Assembly (NCBI GenBank): GCA_965198175.1
Contig: OZ240245.1
Location: 4,860,404 to 4,924,403 of the forward strand
Reading direction: 5' to 3'
Source of the DNA: Candidatus Poribacteria bacterium
Lineage (GTDB): Bacteria; Poribacteria; WGA-4E; PCPOR2b
DNA length: 64,000 bases
Positions 28,901-38,427 of this stretch are shown one piece after another (the stretch's first letter is position 1; the number at the start of each line of letters is the position of its first letter). The notes under the pieces were generated by a model. It was not told the origin of the DNA, searched no databases, and saw nothing but the letters and a program-made list of their open reading frames with translations. Made by a program: the position numbers and the translations under genes.

Positions 28901-29046
28901 TGATTCACGTCCGCGGACCTAGCGGCAGGGGATTGCGCTCAGTAAAGCTGAATGACCAGACCTGGGATGCGTTCCTGAAAGATACAGTCATTGTCGATAA
29001 TCCCCCTAGCAAAATTACGCTAGAGACAGAATATAGGACCAATTAG
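25960..29046 (+). CDS. Large putative six-hairpin (alpha/alpha)6 glycoside hydrolase/phosphorylase-like protein
   Basis: YYWDHTIRDCAY, QFDAQGQTLW..EYWRLSGD, YGLMPPS, NAFAYLG and LHLAPATPRKW...APSHFGPVTY segments typical of six-hairpin glycosidases. Confidence 0.7.
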   Translation: MEHEKNADTGEAWGTRVSPPPSDAQRERFGYQPLDYQTTFCEAHLGRHAPINNQTAIGIPGCVPLPFSYLMQGRYSEFDLRFGLLTDEGKEMRPYVLDNFKQESPGGWMPGCINQWDNRGVRYRVSVITVPNDPQPFDLYAISLKNTASYPEKGRLIVTIDGAPTLKADGDLISDRDKPMVVMEPVVPTESIARPIGCVDPRTTPAAPWEHDAPRTTIWIRHRNGWYGTPIEYLMKVDKGEQLQVFLGYSGVPNITTPNWDEPRDKMEPDIRDLHTPLPREIIASVEGDPHPQRLSLERLKHVVQRFVGEDTDGDGYIKISVRATPESRQPAMLSWIRAYKTDVELSPDVIEADVDGTIGEYIIDSEHHAGGPGAFLRELKSKADAQEMIGELLRYEVDVGRDFNDGVAGLRESFGVDLTAFALRLHYAPTLEPGEEQQFLLRIPAIDRPEPSPYGNPYHPYDTDENWRVHLEPRYPDNPADYGEDVPPGRNPEEYAIYGPKPRTLWMEQEKSARNLRWEEALDRVSTYWNDFIASSTRFITPEPVVEDTYHHHLATLILHQTYLGAKDLPLMMCGPFYYWDHTIRDCAYQHVAMGYAGFLDLHRALVQTVLTPREQLPRTRWTLGQWGPGDPSRDGIWVTRTRQFDAQGQTLWCALEYWRLSGDYEWLAQNYRSLARGADWVIRMREAECQRLNQPERPEYGLMPPSSGEGGGGGHCFYVNAFAYLGFRLMAKAAMALNKAQDATRYAEQAEDLKRALHRSIEMSFVRFNDFAGTIPTNVAIGEAQKEGTFETAFGGVLVHPCGVIAPHDPLMNAFFRFREYLGHTTGGLMVWPYIFVDLALGYIHRGEPDRASDLFYAFLANGSTTHDWSEVQSLNVEYAEFTPPRRGVKGGGDSPHSEACSNYIHFLRNLMLLEEEDEILHLAPATPRKWLAQPKPIGIENAPSHFGPVTYHLAADANQTTIRGDVQLSPQRKPRRLLIHVRGPSGRGLRSVKLNDQTWDAFLKDTVIVDNPPSKITLETEYRTN

Positions 29047-29090
29047 CACTGGTGATTGTATGTTGATACAAGGGCTTCGGAGAAACCTAA

Positions 29091-29113
29091 AAGCCCCCCT
29101 GACAAGGGGGGTT
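29091..29113. repeat. Palindromic repeat family B, degenerate copy
   Basis: GCCCCCCTGACAAGGGGGG hairpin. Confidence 0.45.
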
Positions 29114-29183
29114 GTTTATCATTGTGACGGTTCGAGAGTTGTGTGGTTTGGAATTGCCGCTCTGTTGAACGCAATTTTGAAGC

Positions 29184-29216
29184 GTCGGGTATCGCCGTTG
29201 GCTCAACCCAACCTGC
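29184..29216 (-). repeat. REP-like repeat family A, short form
   Basis: Reverse strand reads GCAGGTTGGGTTGAGCCAACGGCGATACCCGAC. Confidence 0.7.
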
Positions 29217-29222
29217 AAGAGC

Positions 29223-29729
29223 TTAGCAGCAGTATATCGCAAGCTCATCCGTCTCGCGTTTCTTGCAGCAGTCCTCTTTGGCTTCAATTCTTTTTATACG
29301 CTTGATATAGTCTCCAGGAAGACGCGCTTCCACTGCCCCTGTCAAGACATGCTTCTTGTACCATGTAAAAGGCTTCAAGCGTGGGTTGGTCTTTGTAGGA
29401 TTAGCATAGTAAGTTACAGCACAGACGGTGGAACCACAATCCAATTCGACTGTTACGTCTTTTCCAAAATATTCGCATCCTAGTCCCTCGTAACAATCAA
29501 GATCTTTCTTATGTTCGCAATTAATGTGAAACACGCGCCCCCATACGACGTCGGACGCTGATGAATGCACAATATCGCACTTGCCCGATTCATCCCTACC
29601 GATTTTGTGAAATTCAAGACGGTGGCAACGGAGTATTGCCCTTGCTATCGGCTTGGCGGACTTAACTCTATATTTGAGTCTTTTTAAGGACATATTTGAA
29701 CCGTACGCAAAATACTTTATAGTACTCAT
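29223..29729 (-). CDS. Gamma-glutamylcyclotransferase family protein
   Basis: YFAYGSNM, LDCYEG and WYKKHVLTGA.E..LP..Y motifs. Confidence 0.9.
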   Translation of the reverse strand: MSTIKYFAYGSNMSLKRLKYRVKSAKPIARAILRCHRLEFHKIGRDESGKCDIVHSSASDVVWGRVFHINCEHKKDLDCYEGLGCEYFGKDVTVELDCGSTVCAVTYYANPTKTNPRLKPFTWYKKHVLTGAVEARLPGDYIKRIKRIEAKEDCCKKRETDELAIYCC

Positions 29730-29762
29730 TGGCATTCCTTTCAACTTGGTTGACACTAAAAT

Positions 29763-29795
29763 GTAGGTTGGGTTGAGCGATCAACGCAACCTAAC
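29763..29795 (+). repeat. REP-like repeat family A, short form
   Basis: GTAGGTTGGGTTGAGCGATCAACGCAACCTAAC. Confidence 0.7.
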
Positions 29796-29831
29796 CCGCC
29801 GACATGTGATTCTCATGGTTTCCAGTTTCCA

Positions 29832-30578
29832 TTACTTCGGAATGAGCGCCATGGCGCGGATTGGCGATCCCGATCCGCCTTTAATCTTTAGGGGGGCGGC
29901 AATGAAAAAGCAGCGCGCGGGTAACTTTTCTAAGCTGTAGAGGCATTCTATCTCAAAGATATGGTTGGGGAGCAAATACTGTTTATGCCCATACGGAGTC
30001 GTCTCTACGCCGTCGAGCGCGGCAATCTCACAAGCGAAGGTGTCCGTACCTACCGCTTTGACGTTGCGTTCTAACAACAGCTTACAAACATCTTCCGCCA
30101 TGCCCGGCGAGTTCCGTGAGTACCAACTCCACTCCCGATCAGTCCGCCAATACCGCCGCATCCAATCGAAATTGAACAGGACAATGTCACCTTCTGATAT
30201 GGTGACGCCAGTCTTGTTTTCCCACTGCAACACCTGTGCCGCTGTTAATAAATCTCCCGCCCTAAGACCGAGTTCAGTCATGTCAAGAACAACAGCAGGC
30301 CCCATAATGCTATCCGGTGGATACGCATCAATCGTATATTCCATCATTGTGGGGTTGAGATGCGCAGGAGCATCCACGTGCGAACCAATATGCTCAGGTA
30401 AAAATATCGTCTGGCAGAAATAGCCGTCATGCTCATGCGTGATTGTCGGGTGAATGACTAGGGGCGGGTGCGTTGGTGCCTTGGGCGCGCCATTTTCCAG
30501 CAGGGGGGAGAGATCCACAACTTCAAACTGCTTAAACAGTGCCATAAACTGATCCAGGGGTGTCTGATTAGACATCAT
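29832..30578 (-). CDS. Cyclase family metal-dependent hydrolase (kynurenine formamidase-like)
   Basis: EHIGSHVDAPAH, VGTDT and PLKIKGGSGSPIRA motifs; GGAGG RBS. Confidence 0.92.
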   Translation of the reverse strand: MMSNQTPLDQFMALFKQFEVVDLSPLLENGAPKAPTHPPLVIHPTITHEHDGYFCQTIFLPEHIGSHVDAPAHLNPTMMEYTIDAYPPDSIMGPAVVLDMTELGLRAGDLLTAAQVLQWENKTGVTISEGDIVLFNFDWMRRYWRTDREWSWYSRNSPGMAEDVCKLLLERNVKAVGTDTFACEIAALDGVETTPYGHKQYLLPNHIFEIECLYSLEKLPARCFFIAAPLKIKGGSGSPIRAMALIPK

Positions 30579-30593
30579 CCACCTCCCTTGCAT

Positions 30594-30920
30594 TTAGAAG
30601 TCATCGGGAACCTGAATTTCAAGCGCCAACAAGGCGGAACTCAATACCTTGCCATAGGCATCCATGGTCAGGGTGCGGGTGGAGCCGCCATCCAGCGCAT
30701 TATAGAGCACGAAGTTGAGCGCACCCATCCGAGGCAGTTCGTATCTTTCCACCTCTCCTTTGACAGTTCCCTTAAAGAATTCCTTGACGCGTTCAGCAGT
30801 GACTTCCCGCTTAATCAACTCATAATGCTGTTTATCGTAAACGATGAGTCCGATGTTCCCAGTGTCTCCCTTATCTCCGGACCTAGAATGACAAATTTCT
30901 CGGAGTTGAATCGTCTTCAT
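30594..30920 (-). CDS. Small AtuA-related (AtuA C-terminal domain-like) protein
   Basis: HSRSGDKGD..NIG, VERYELP..GALNFVL..ALDGG and D.YGK motifs. Confidence 0.85.
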   Translation of the reverse strand: MKTIQLREICHSRSGDKGDTGNIGLIVYDKQHYELIKREVTAERVKEFFKGTVKGEVERYELPRMGALNFVLYNALDGGSTRTLTMDAYGKVLSSALLALEIQVPDDF

Positions 30921-31078
30921 TTCGCTTTTACACCTTACTTTAGTATAATTATGTTTACCTGAGTTTAAGTCATCAGCTCTTGCGATGATTTTGACCCTCA
31001 TATGACCAAAAAAAAGAGCTTTGCCACCTACTTGACGGATAGGTTCTTGGGCAGAATGTGTCGAACCTCGGAGTACCG

Positions 31079-31107
31079 ATTCTAGCAGATCACGGTAGTT
31101 CTGTCAA
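31079..31107 (-). promoter_or_regulatory. Sigma70-type promoter upstream of the AtuA-like/cyclase genes
   Basis: Minus strand TTGACA-N17-TAGAAT with extended -10 TG. Confidence 0.65.
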
Positions 31108-31157
31108 CACTATTGGCATCGTTCCAATTTTGTTTCCACGCTAGCCCTGTTCTTTCT

Positions 31158-31652
31158 CTATAGCTCATAGAGAGTCTCATCAATATCTGGCTTCGGTTGT
31201 CCGCTTCCTTTCTTTCTCCGAGCTTCTAGCATTTGTGGTTCATCGGCTCCGAGCAAATCGCCCATCTCTTCTTCGATCTTATCAGGATCTTCTCCCTGTT
31301 CAAGGCGGCTCAAGGCTTCCTCCATCCCTGATTCCATGTTAAGTCCCGTTGCCTCGGAGAGCTTTCGCATCACCGCGGCTGCTTGGCGGGGGTCATCCTC
31401 GTTGATTTTTTCCGCTTCGCCGGCTAGCATAGCCATGGCTTTCTCCATTTTCGCCTCGTCCATCTGCGCCATATCTGTCTCAACGCTACCTTCGTCTTTT
31501 CTACTAGAAATCGTGGCAAATTTGGACAAGTTGCGTTTCAACTCGGTATTTTTGCATGTTGGGCAAATGGGTATTTTCTCGGTATTGACGGATCTGGAGA
31601 AGAATTGATAGACCGTATGACATGCTTTACAATAAAATTCGTAAATTGGCAT
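31158..31652 (-). CDS. FmdB-family zinc-ribbon protein with acidic helical C-terminus
   Basis: MPIYEFYCKAC...CPTC. Confidence 0.88.
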   Translation of the reverse strand: MPIYEFYCKACHTVYQFFSRSVNTEKIPICPTCKNTELKRNLSKFATISSRKDEGSVETDMAQMDEAKMEKAMAMLAGEAEKINEDDPRQAAAVMRKLSEATGLNMESGMEEALSRLEQGEDPDKIEEEMGDLLGADEPQMLEARRKKGSGQPKPDIDETLYEL

Positions 31653-31922
31653 CCAAATGCTCCTTGAAGAATATTCTGAGGCTCTCGGTTTCGCATACGG
31701 CTGCTTTCTTAGTCTTGCAAGGGGAGCGGATTAACTGCGCCAAAAAGAGAAGCGAGTATCTCACCAAATGATGTTGACACAACCGTGTTCTAATTCGTCA
31801 ATGTTATCTGAAAATCGGTAATCTTTCAAGCACAAAACTCAATTATATCTTCCATCTCATAACTGATTGTACGCTTTGTCACCGTAGACTCGACGCCCCG
31901 GTGGCAAGAGGAATCTGAATGC

Positions 31923-32027
31923 CTAGCGATGGAGATTGGCATGGCTATGCGTTGGGGTTTTCGCGCGTTGTGTGCGTTTATCATCTACACGACAGAACAA
32001 ATGTGTGATAAAATCTATTTTGGTCAT
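31923..32027 (-). pseudogene. Probable N-terminal fragment of an IS transposase (IS982-like)
   Basis: MTKIDFITHLFCRVDDK...HSHANLH* resembles the 'DFITELFCRVDD...KHSQA.L' transposase N-terminus; truncated after 34 aa. Confidence 0.5.
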
Positions 32028-32270
32028 AAGTTGGGACTTCCTCCCGTTAATTGCGATAACGGTAAAATCGAAGAACTTGTCCCATGACCCCAATCCAAGA
32101 AGGTCCAAAGAGAAGCCGAGGTCTTTTGTTGAACCCTTTGGCTTCCAAAATTCAAACTGGCGCCATTGGTAAAGAATGAACCACGATTGGTCTAGTTTTT
32201 TTATTCTGATTTAACCACACATGATTCATCAACGCAAGTGTGAACACTTGTAAGCGCAAAGGAGATAGAC

Positions 32271-32591
32271 ATGTTTTTTGAACTTCGTCAGTATCGTACA
32301 AAACCCGGTCAACGTGAGAATTGGGTGAAGTTTATGGAAGAGGCGATTATCCCTTTCCAAATCTCGCAGGGGATGGTGGTTGTCGGGAGTTTCGTTGGGC
32401 AGGAAGAAGACGATTTGTACGTCTGGATTCGTCGCTTCGAGAGCGAGGCGGAACGACAGCAACTGTACCAAGCAGTCTATGAAAGCGACCACTGGAAAAA
32501 TGAGATTAGCCCCCATGTTCCCGACATGATTGATCGGGAGCGAAGCAAAATTATCCGTCTGCAAGCCACTCCCAAGTCGGTCATCCAATAA
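32271..32591 (+). CDS. NIPSNAP family protein
   Basis: FELRQY, YVWIRRFESE and C-terminal L.ATPKS motifs. Confidence 0.92.
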   Translation: MFFELRQYRTKPGQRENWVKFMEEAIIPFQISQGMVVVGSFVGQEEDDLYVWIRRFESEAERQQLYQAVYESDHWKNEISPHVPDMIDRERSKIIRLQATPKSVIQ

Positions 32592-32750
32592 TGCAGAATC
32601 GTCGCGAGAAATTCTAACAGTATAAACCTTCTTTAACGGCTCGAAGTCCTAACGTATCATACCAGGGTTAGGTGCACTCAGTGGCTTTTGCACCGCTACG
32701 GCTTTCAATCTTTAGCCTAGCGTGCTAACTTACGGATTTTCCAATTTCCA

Positions 32751-32779
32751 TTGATATTTCAAAGTAGATTTGTTATACT
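32751..32779 (+). promoter_or_regulatory. Sigma70-type promoter of ftsH
   Basis: TTGATA-N17-TATACT with extended -10 TG. Confidence 0.6.
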
Positions 32780-32907
32780 TTTTCTGGCAACACTATCCGA
32801 ACTCCCTCTCAAGATCGGATGGATGAGTTAGAGGATTCGCGCGCAATGCGATTTTAAGCTGTTTTAGCTCATTCTACCTTTGAAGCAAAAAGAAAGGTTC
32901 ATGTACT

Positions 32908-34776
32908 GTGAACAAGAATGCAAAAAGCATAGCGGTTTGGCTAATCATGGCATCCATAGTTACGATTGTCATGTACCGCCTAATCAACACGGAAGATAAT
33001 GTGAAGCATGACCCGAAAACCTCTGAGTTTTATCAACTCATCGAACGAGGAGATAGCCGGGAGCTATTTGAGGAAATTACGATTGGCAAGGAGTGGATTA
33101 AAGGTCAATTCAGCGAGCGGGCTATTCAAAACAACCCACCTGTAAAAGCAAATCCAAAGGGGGAATTTAGGATATATCGTGATATTTATTCTGAGTACCC
33201 ACTTGAAGAAAAATTGCTAGATCAGGGAATTCCTTATGACGTTGAACCACCATCCCAGGTGCCGCAATGGATCATGATCTCTCTGACATCAGTATTACCA
33301 ATTCTCCTTTTTGTTGGCATTATGATCTTCTTGTCAAGGCAAGTACAGGGAACTGGCAATCGGGCTTTATCCTTTGGCAAAAGCCGCGCTCGGCTTCACT
33401 CTGAAAACCAACCCAAGAGGACGTTTGCAGATGTTGCTGGCTGTGATGAGGCAAAAGAGGGTCTTGAAGAAGTTATCGAATTCCTGAAGGATTCGCAGAA
33501 ATTTCAGCGACTCGGGGGGCGCATTCCCATGGGCGTCCTGTTAATGGGGCCACCGGGGACAGGAAAAACTTTGCTCGCCCGCGCAGTTGCTGGAGAAGCA
33601 AATGTTCCATTCTATAGCATCAGCGGCTCTGATTTTGTTGAGATGTTCGTAGGTGTCGGCGCATCACGTGTGCGCGATCTCTTTGAAACCGGAAAAAAGA
33701 ACGCGCCGTGCATCATCTTCATTGATGAACTTGATGCCGTGGGCAGGCATCGTGGGGCAGGCATCGGCGGTGGACATGATGAGCGGGAACAAACCTTAAA
33801 CCAACTGCTCGTTGAGATGGACGGCTTTGATACGTCCGAAGGAGTCATTCTCATTGCTGCGACGAACCGTCCTGATGTGCTAGATCCCGCCTTATTGCGT
33901 CCTGGACGCTTTGATCGCCAGATTGTCGTTGACCTTCCCGATATTAAAGGTCGTGAAGAGATTTTCAAAGTACACGCTGCGTCTCCGATTAAGGTAGGCG
34001 AGGATGTAGACTTAGAAATATTAGCCAGGGCAACCCCTTACTTCTCAGGCGCAGACATCGCAAACATGGTGAACGAGGCTGCTCTGCTTGCAGCCAAGCA
34101 GGGCAAAGATGCGGTTGACATGAGCTGTTTTGATGAAGCTAAAGACCGGGTGATGATGGGGCCCGAACGTCGTAGTCTGGTCATTAGCGAAGAGGACAAA
34201 CGGGTTACTGCTTACCACGAAGCGGGACACACGTTATTGCGGCATATTATTCCTGACAATGACCCTAACTATAAATCTACTATTATTCCACGAGGTAGAG
34301 CACTCGGTGTCTCAGTGGGTTTACCTCTCGAAGAACGCCGTAACTTCAGCAAGACATATCTCCTTGCCGGTATCACCACAGCACTTGGTGGACGTGTCGC
34401 TGAAGAACTCATCTTTGGTGAGCTAACGACCGGCGCCCAGAATGATTTCGAACAAGCCACGGATTTGGCGCGGAAGATGGTCACGCAATGGGGCATGAGT
34501 GAACTTGGACCTCTCTCTTTCGGCAGGCGCGATGAACAGGTTTTTTTGGGCAAAGAAATCGCCCACCACAAAGATTATAGCGAAAATACCGCGCTTGAGA
34601 TCGATCAAGCCGTACATCGCATCATTACAGGGTGCTATAATCAAGCGAGGCATCTCATCGAAACTAATGTTGACGGACTGAAAAAGCTTGCAGATGCGCT
34701 CCTAGAGAGGGAAACGCTCATTGGTGAAGAGATCGAGGAAATTCTCGGGCCTCGCCATCAAGTTTCTACTACCTAA
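32908..34776 (+). CDS. ftsH: ATP-dependent zinc metalloprotease FtsH
   Basis: Two TM segments, [34 protein letters not shown] and HEAGH motifs. Confidence 0.98.
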   Translation: MNKNAKSIAVWLIMASIVTIVMYRLINTEDNVKHDPKTSEFYQLIERGDSRELFEEITIGKEWIKGQFSERAIQNNPPVKANPKGEFRIYRDIYSEYPLEEKLLDQGIPYDVEPPSQVPQWIMISLTSVLPILLFVGIMIFLSRQVQGTGNRALSFGKSRARLHSENQPKRTFADVAGCDEAKEGLEEVIEFLKDSQKFQRLGGRIPMGVLLMGPPGTGKTLLARAVAGEANVPFYSISGSDFVEMFVGVGASRVRDLFETGKKNAPCIIFIDELDAVGRHRGAGIGGGHDEREQTLNQLLVEMDGFDTSEGVILIAATNRPDVLDPALLRPGRFDRQIVVDLPDIKGREEIFKVHAASPIKVGEDVDLEILARATPYFSGADIANMVNEAALLAAKQGKDAVDMSCFDEAKDRVMMGPERRSLVISEEDKRVTAYHEAGHTLLRHIIPDNDPNYKSTIIPRGRALGVSVGLPLEERRNFSKTYLLAGITTALGGRVAEELIFGELTTGAQNDFEQATDLARKMVTQWGMSELGPLSFGRRDEQVFLGKEIAHHKDYSENTALEIDQAVHRIITGCYNQARHLIETNVDGLKKLADALLERETLIGEEIEEILGPRHQVSTT

Positions 34777-34793
34777 TACTAACGCTGCAATCT

Positions 34794-35642
34794 ATGAACT
34801 GCCGCGGAAAGCAACTCGCTCTTGGACAACGCACGCTCATTATGGGTGTGTTGAACGTAACCCCGGATTCCTTTTCAGAGGACGGGCGTTATCTGAAGGT
34901 TGATAGTGCTATTGCCCATGCCAAAAGAATGGTTCAGGAGGGAGCGGATATCATTGATATCGGCGGTGAATCTTCCCGACCAGGGGCATTGCCAATTTCT
35001 GCCGATGAAGAACTAGCTCGCGTCCTGCCGGTTGTCGAAGCGCTTGTAAGCGGCGATATCCCCGTTCCCATTTCGATTGACACCTATAAAGCCTATGTTG
35101 CGCGTCGGGTGCTTCAAGAGGGCGCCCACATCGTCAATGATATTACGGCGCTTAGAGGCGATTCAGACATGGCAAGGGTCGTCAGCGAAATGCACGCAGG
35201 ATTAGTCCTGATGCACATGAAGGGTAATCCTCAAACAATGCAGCAATCGCCTACCTACCAGAATGTGATCTCTGAGATTCTCTTTTTTTTCCAAGAACGT
35301 ATCGGTGAAGCCGGAAAGAAAGGAATTCATCCGGATCAGATTCTAATTGATCCCGGCATCGGATTTGGTAAAACTACCGAGCATAATCTGGAAATTTTGC
35401 GCCGGCTTCGTGATTTTCAGTCCGTGAACAAGCCTATCCTCATTGGTGTCTCCAGGAAATCTTTTATTGGGAAAATCCTCAATCTTCCAGTAAACGATCG
35501 GATGGAAGGCACCGCTGCCACAGTTGCTTGGGCAATTGCCCACGGTGCAGACGTTGTTCGCGTCCATGATGTGAAAGCTATGCGTCGAGTTGCTCAAATG
35601 ACAGACGCAATCTACCGCCACACAGATTCAACTTCCTCCTGA
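34794..35642 (+). CDS. folP: Dihydropteroate synthase
   Basis: NVTPDSFS, GGESSRPG, DPGIGFGK, SRKSF and RVHDV motifs; classical ftsH-folP order. Confidence 0.97.
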   Translation: MNCRGKQLALGQRTLIMGVLNVTPDSFSEDGRYLKVDSAIAHAKRMVQEGADIIDIGGESSRPGALPISADEELARVLPVVEALVSGDIPVPISIDTYKAYVARRVLQEGAHIVNDITALRGDSDMARVVSEMHAGLVLMHMKGNPQTMQQSPTYQNVISEILFFFQERIGEAGKKGIHPDQILIDPGIGFGKTTEHNLEILRRLRDFQSVNKPILIGVSRKSFIGKILNLPVNDRMEGTAATVAWAIAHGADVVRVHDVKAMRRVAQMTDAIYRHTDSTSS

Positions 35643-35698
35643 GAGTTCAGAATTTGGCGCCCGATATACAAAGCATCAAAAGTAGCGCTTATCCGGTA

Positions 35699-36085
35699 TT
35701 GATTCGAGGCATTGGTATTGATATCGCTGAGGTCACACGCATTAGATCCGCGAGTATACGGTGGGGTGACCGATTTGAGAAGCGAATCTACACACCGGAA
35801 GAAATAAGATACTGCGGCGCCACAGATGTACGCTATCAAAGACTCGCTGCAAGATTTGCCGCGAAAGAAGCGGCCTTCAAAGCACTCGGGACAGGCTTAA
35901 GACCTGGCATGTGGTGGCACGATGTGTCGGTCATTACGGGTGGACTTGGCAAACCAGAGTTAGTTTTGAAAGGTCGAGCCCGTCAACATGCAGATTCGCT
36001 AGGCGTCTCTCAAACCTTCGTGTCGCTCGCGCATACGGATAACTACGCAGTTGCAAATGTCATTCTTTGGGGCGAATCGCAATAG
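35699..36085 (+). CDS. acpS: Holo-[acyl-carrier-protein] synthase
   Basis: GIGIDIAEV, RFAAKEAAFKALGTG, GKP and SLAHT motifs; start uncertain (35654 or 35699). Confidence 0.95.
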   Translation: MIRGIGIDIAEVTRIRSASIRWGDRFEKRIYTPEEIRYCGATDVRYQRLAARFAAKEAAFKALGTGLRPGMWWHDVSVITGGLGKPELVLKGRARQHADSLGVSQTFVSLAHTDNYAVANVILWGESQ

Positions 36086-36172
36086 ACTGATAACGAAGCT
36101 TCACTAAACAATTGCAGAGGTGATAAGGTTAATCGCCATATAAATCGTAAAATCTATAGTGAAGTTCTAGTT

Positions 36173-37285
36173 ATGAAATATCAATGGGTAAACCATGTTA
36201 TTCTGACGATGTGTCTTTTAGGCATTTTCAACCTAGCATCCGCGCAAGTTGTGAGCGAAGACGCCCGCGCTGCGGCTGACATCTTTCTAAGGAAATTAAC
36301 TGTAGCACCGCATCAGGGCATGGGCGGTAGCTTTGTCGGTTCGATTTCAGGTGCAAATGCGCTTAATAGTAATCCTGCAGGGCTTAGTTTAATCGAGGGC
36401 GATCGCTTTGTTGCCCATGCTGCGAGATTCCCTCGCACAGTCGCGGTGGTTTCCAAACTAAATGAAGTTGAGCGGTATGAGGATTATGGGCGGTATGATC
36501 TCCGAGCGTCAGGGTTTGAATCTGTCAACCATATTGTACCCATGGATCACGGTGGTGTCATCGGTTTTGACCTCGCTTTTGAATTTGAAGGGCGGTTTAG
36601 TCGTGTCAACCACCGTGGTAAAGCCACGAACAATTTTCCAGCGAGTAATTTAGCAATTGGGATCGGTTACGGAAGACGCCTGTTTGGTGAATTGTCTATC
36701 GGCGCGGACGCGAAGTGGATTAGATCGAAAGTGTTGGATGCCGAGTATCAGGGACACATCGGACACGGATACGCCTATAACTTGGGGGCGATTCAACAAA
36801 TTGGAAAAGGACTCCGAATCGGTATTGTGGTGAGAAATCTCAGCAACGGTTTGTCCTTCTCTGATGATTCGATTCCGGATAAAATTCGTCGCGATGTGCT
36901 GTTTGGTGTAGCCTATCAGCGGCACTATAAAGATGTCAATGTGCGAGTTGGTTTGGATCTCAATCCCCCTTTTGAAGACGGCATTCGTACCGGCTTCGGT
37001 GGTGAAGTTTGGTATCGCGGGCGTATTGGGGGTCAAATCGGCTATCTGCGTCACACCGAAAACCGGTTTGATTCGATTTTCAACCTTGAGACAGAACAAG
37101 CTGAAGTTGAGAACCGCCTTTGGAAAGTAGAAGGATTGACGGTTGGGCTGGGGTTGAGTCTGGGAAAGATGAATATCAATGCTGCTTATATGCCTCAGAT
37201 CAAACCTCAGGCAAAAACGCAGGAACAAATCCGAATCGATCGCGGGCGGGCGGTTTATTCATTTTCAATCGGTCGGAGTTTCTGA
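36173..37285 (+). CDS. Outer-membrane beta-barrel, PorV/PorQ/FadL-like
   Basis: Signal peptide; GMGGSFVG...NALNSNPAGL N-terminal motif; amphipathic strands; C-terminal YSFSIGRSF beta-signal. Confidence 0.75.
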   Translation: MKYQWVNHVILTMCLLGIFNLASAQVVSEDARAAADIFLRKLTVAPHQGMGGSFVGSISGANALNSNPAGLSLIEGDRFVAHAARFPRTVAVVSKLNEVERYEDYGRYDLRASGFESVNHIVPMDHGGVIGFDLAFEFEGRFSRVNHRGKATNNFPASNLAIGIGYGRRLFGELSIGADAKWIRSKVLDAEYQGHIGHGYAYNLGAIQQIGKGLRIGIVVRNLSNGLSFSDDSIPDKIRRDVLFGVAYQRHYKDVNVRVGLDLNPPFEDGIRTGFGGEVWYRGRIGGQIGYLRHTENRFDSIFNLETEQAEVENRLWKVEGLTVGLGLSLGKMNINAAYMPQIKPQAKTQEQIRIDRGRAVYSFSIGRSF

Positions 37286-37461
37286 GCAGAAATATAGCAA
37301 TGTGAACCTAACGAGATTAAGTCACAATAAATTAAGCAAAAGGGAGCATTACCATAACAAATCGAATACACGAGGCGGACAAAGTAGAAGAGGAGTATCT
37401 GCGGAGAAAAGAGCAGCTTCGTATCGCGCCAGGTCCCACAGGCAAAGATACCCCTGAGTGG

Positions 37462-38124
37462 ATGAACGACGGTATTGAGGAACTCTACGGCTGCTTCAAT
37501 GCTACCGCCGACATATGGGACAAGAAGTTCGGTGTTGAGCCTGATAACCCTTTCTATCAAACTGTTGCTAATCAGATCCCAACGACCCAGGCGGAGGTGG
37601 ACATTCTAGATCTTGGCTGCGGCACTGGTATACAACTCGAATTCGTCTTTGCCAGAGCCCCCAACGCCAGGGTGACTGGAATTGACTTGGCTCCCAACAT
37701 GCTTGAGCAACTGAGGTCTAAGTTCGGAAGTTTTGCCGCTCAATTGAAGCTCCTTCAAGGGTCGTTACTTGACCTGCCGCTGGGTGAGGACGAATATGAC
37801 TATGCTATCTCAACCCTTACTATGCACCATCTGCCGCCCGAGGAGAAGGTTCGCGTCTACAGAAAAGCGAGAAAAGCGCTGCGTCCGACTGGATTGTACA
37901 TTGAGGGCGATCAGTCGAATTCACCTGAGGGTGAGAAGAAGACCTTATACTGGTTCAACCGATGGATCGCCAAACTCCCTGGTGGGAATCGTGCTGAATG
38001 GAACTACGACATTACGCTAACCGTAGAAACTCAGAGGCGGTTGCTTCAGGAAGCGGGGTATTCCGAGGTTCAGCTTGCATGGGAGGAACCTGGGAAGATG
38101 GCGGTGCTCGTCGCCAAGAATTAG
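37462..38124 (+). CDS. Class I SAM-dependent methyltransferase
   Basis: ILDLGCGTG, GIDLAPNML, LTMHHL and LRPTG motifs. Confidence 0.92.
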   Translation: MNDGIEELYGCFNATADIWDKKFGVEPDNPFYQTVANQIPTTQAEVDILDLGCGTGIQLEFVFARAPNARVTGIDLAPNMLEQLRSKFGSFAAQLKLLQGSLLDLPLGEDEYDYAISTLTMHHLPPEEKVRVYRKARKALRPTGLYIEGDQSNSPEGEKKTLYWFNRWIAKLPGGNRAEWNYDITLTVETQRRLLQEAGYSEVQLAWEEPGKMAVLVAKN

Positions 38125-38427
38125 CGGGCGAAGGAGGGATGCGGCTTTAAGGTATATACACGATTTCGCACTCTTAATAAGACACCGATAGCTTCACTTA
38201 TCGGACGACACGCCATAGAAACATCAGATTAGGAATGCGAATTAAATCTACTAGCATGAGGACTCTATGAGCAGATGGGTTCCGTGCTAAATTTGTGTCT
38301 CAGGTCGCGGAAAAGAGTGTTGAATGTCGAATCTGACCGATATGCGACTATACATCCTTACAACTTGCTGAAGAATTGGATGGTTTTACGGTTCGTGATG
38401 AATTGACGATTGTTGAGAGTAGACCCT

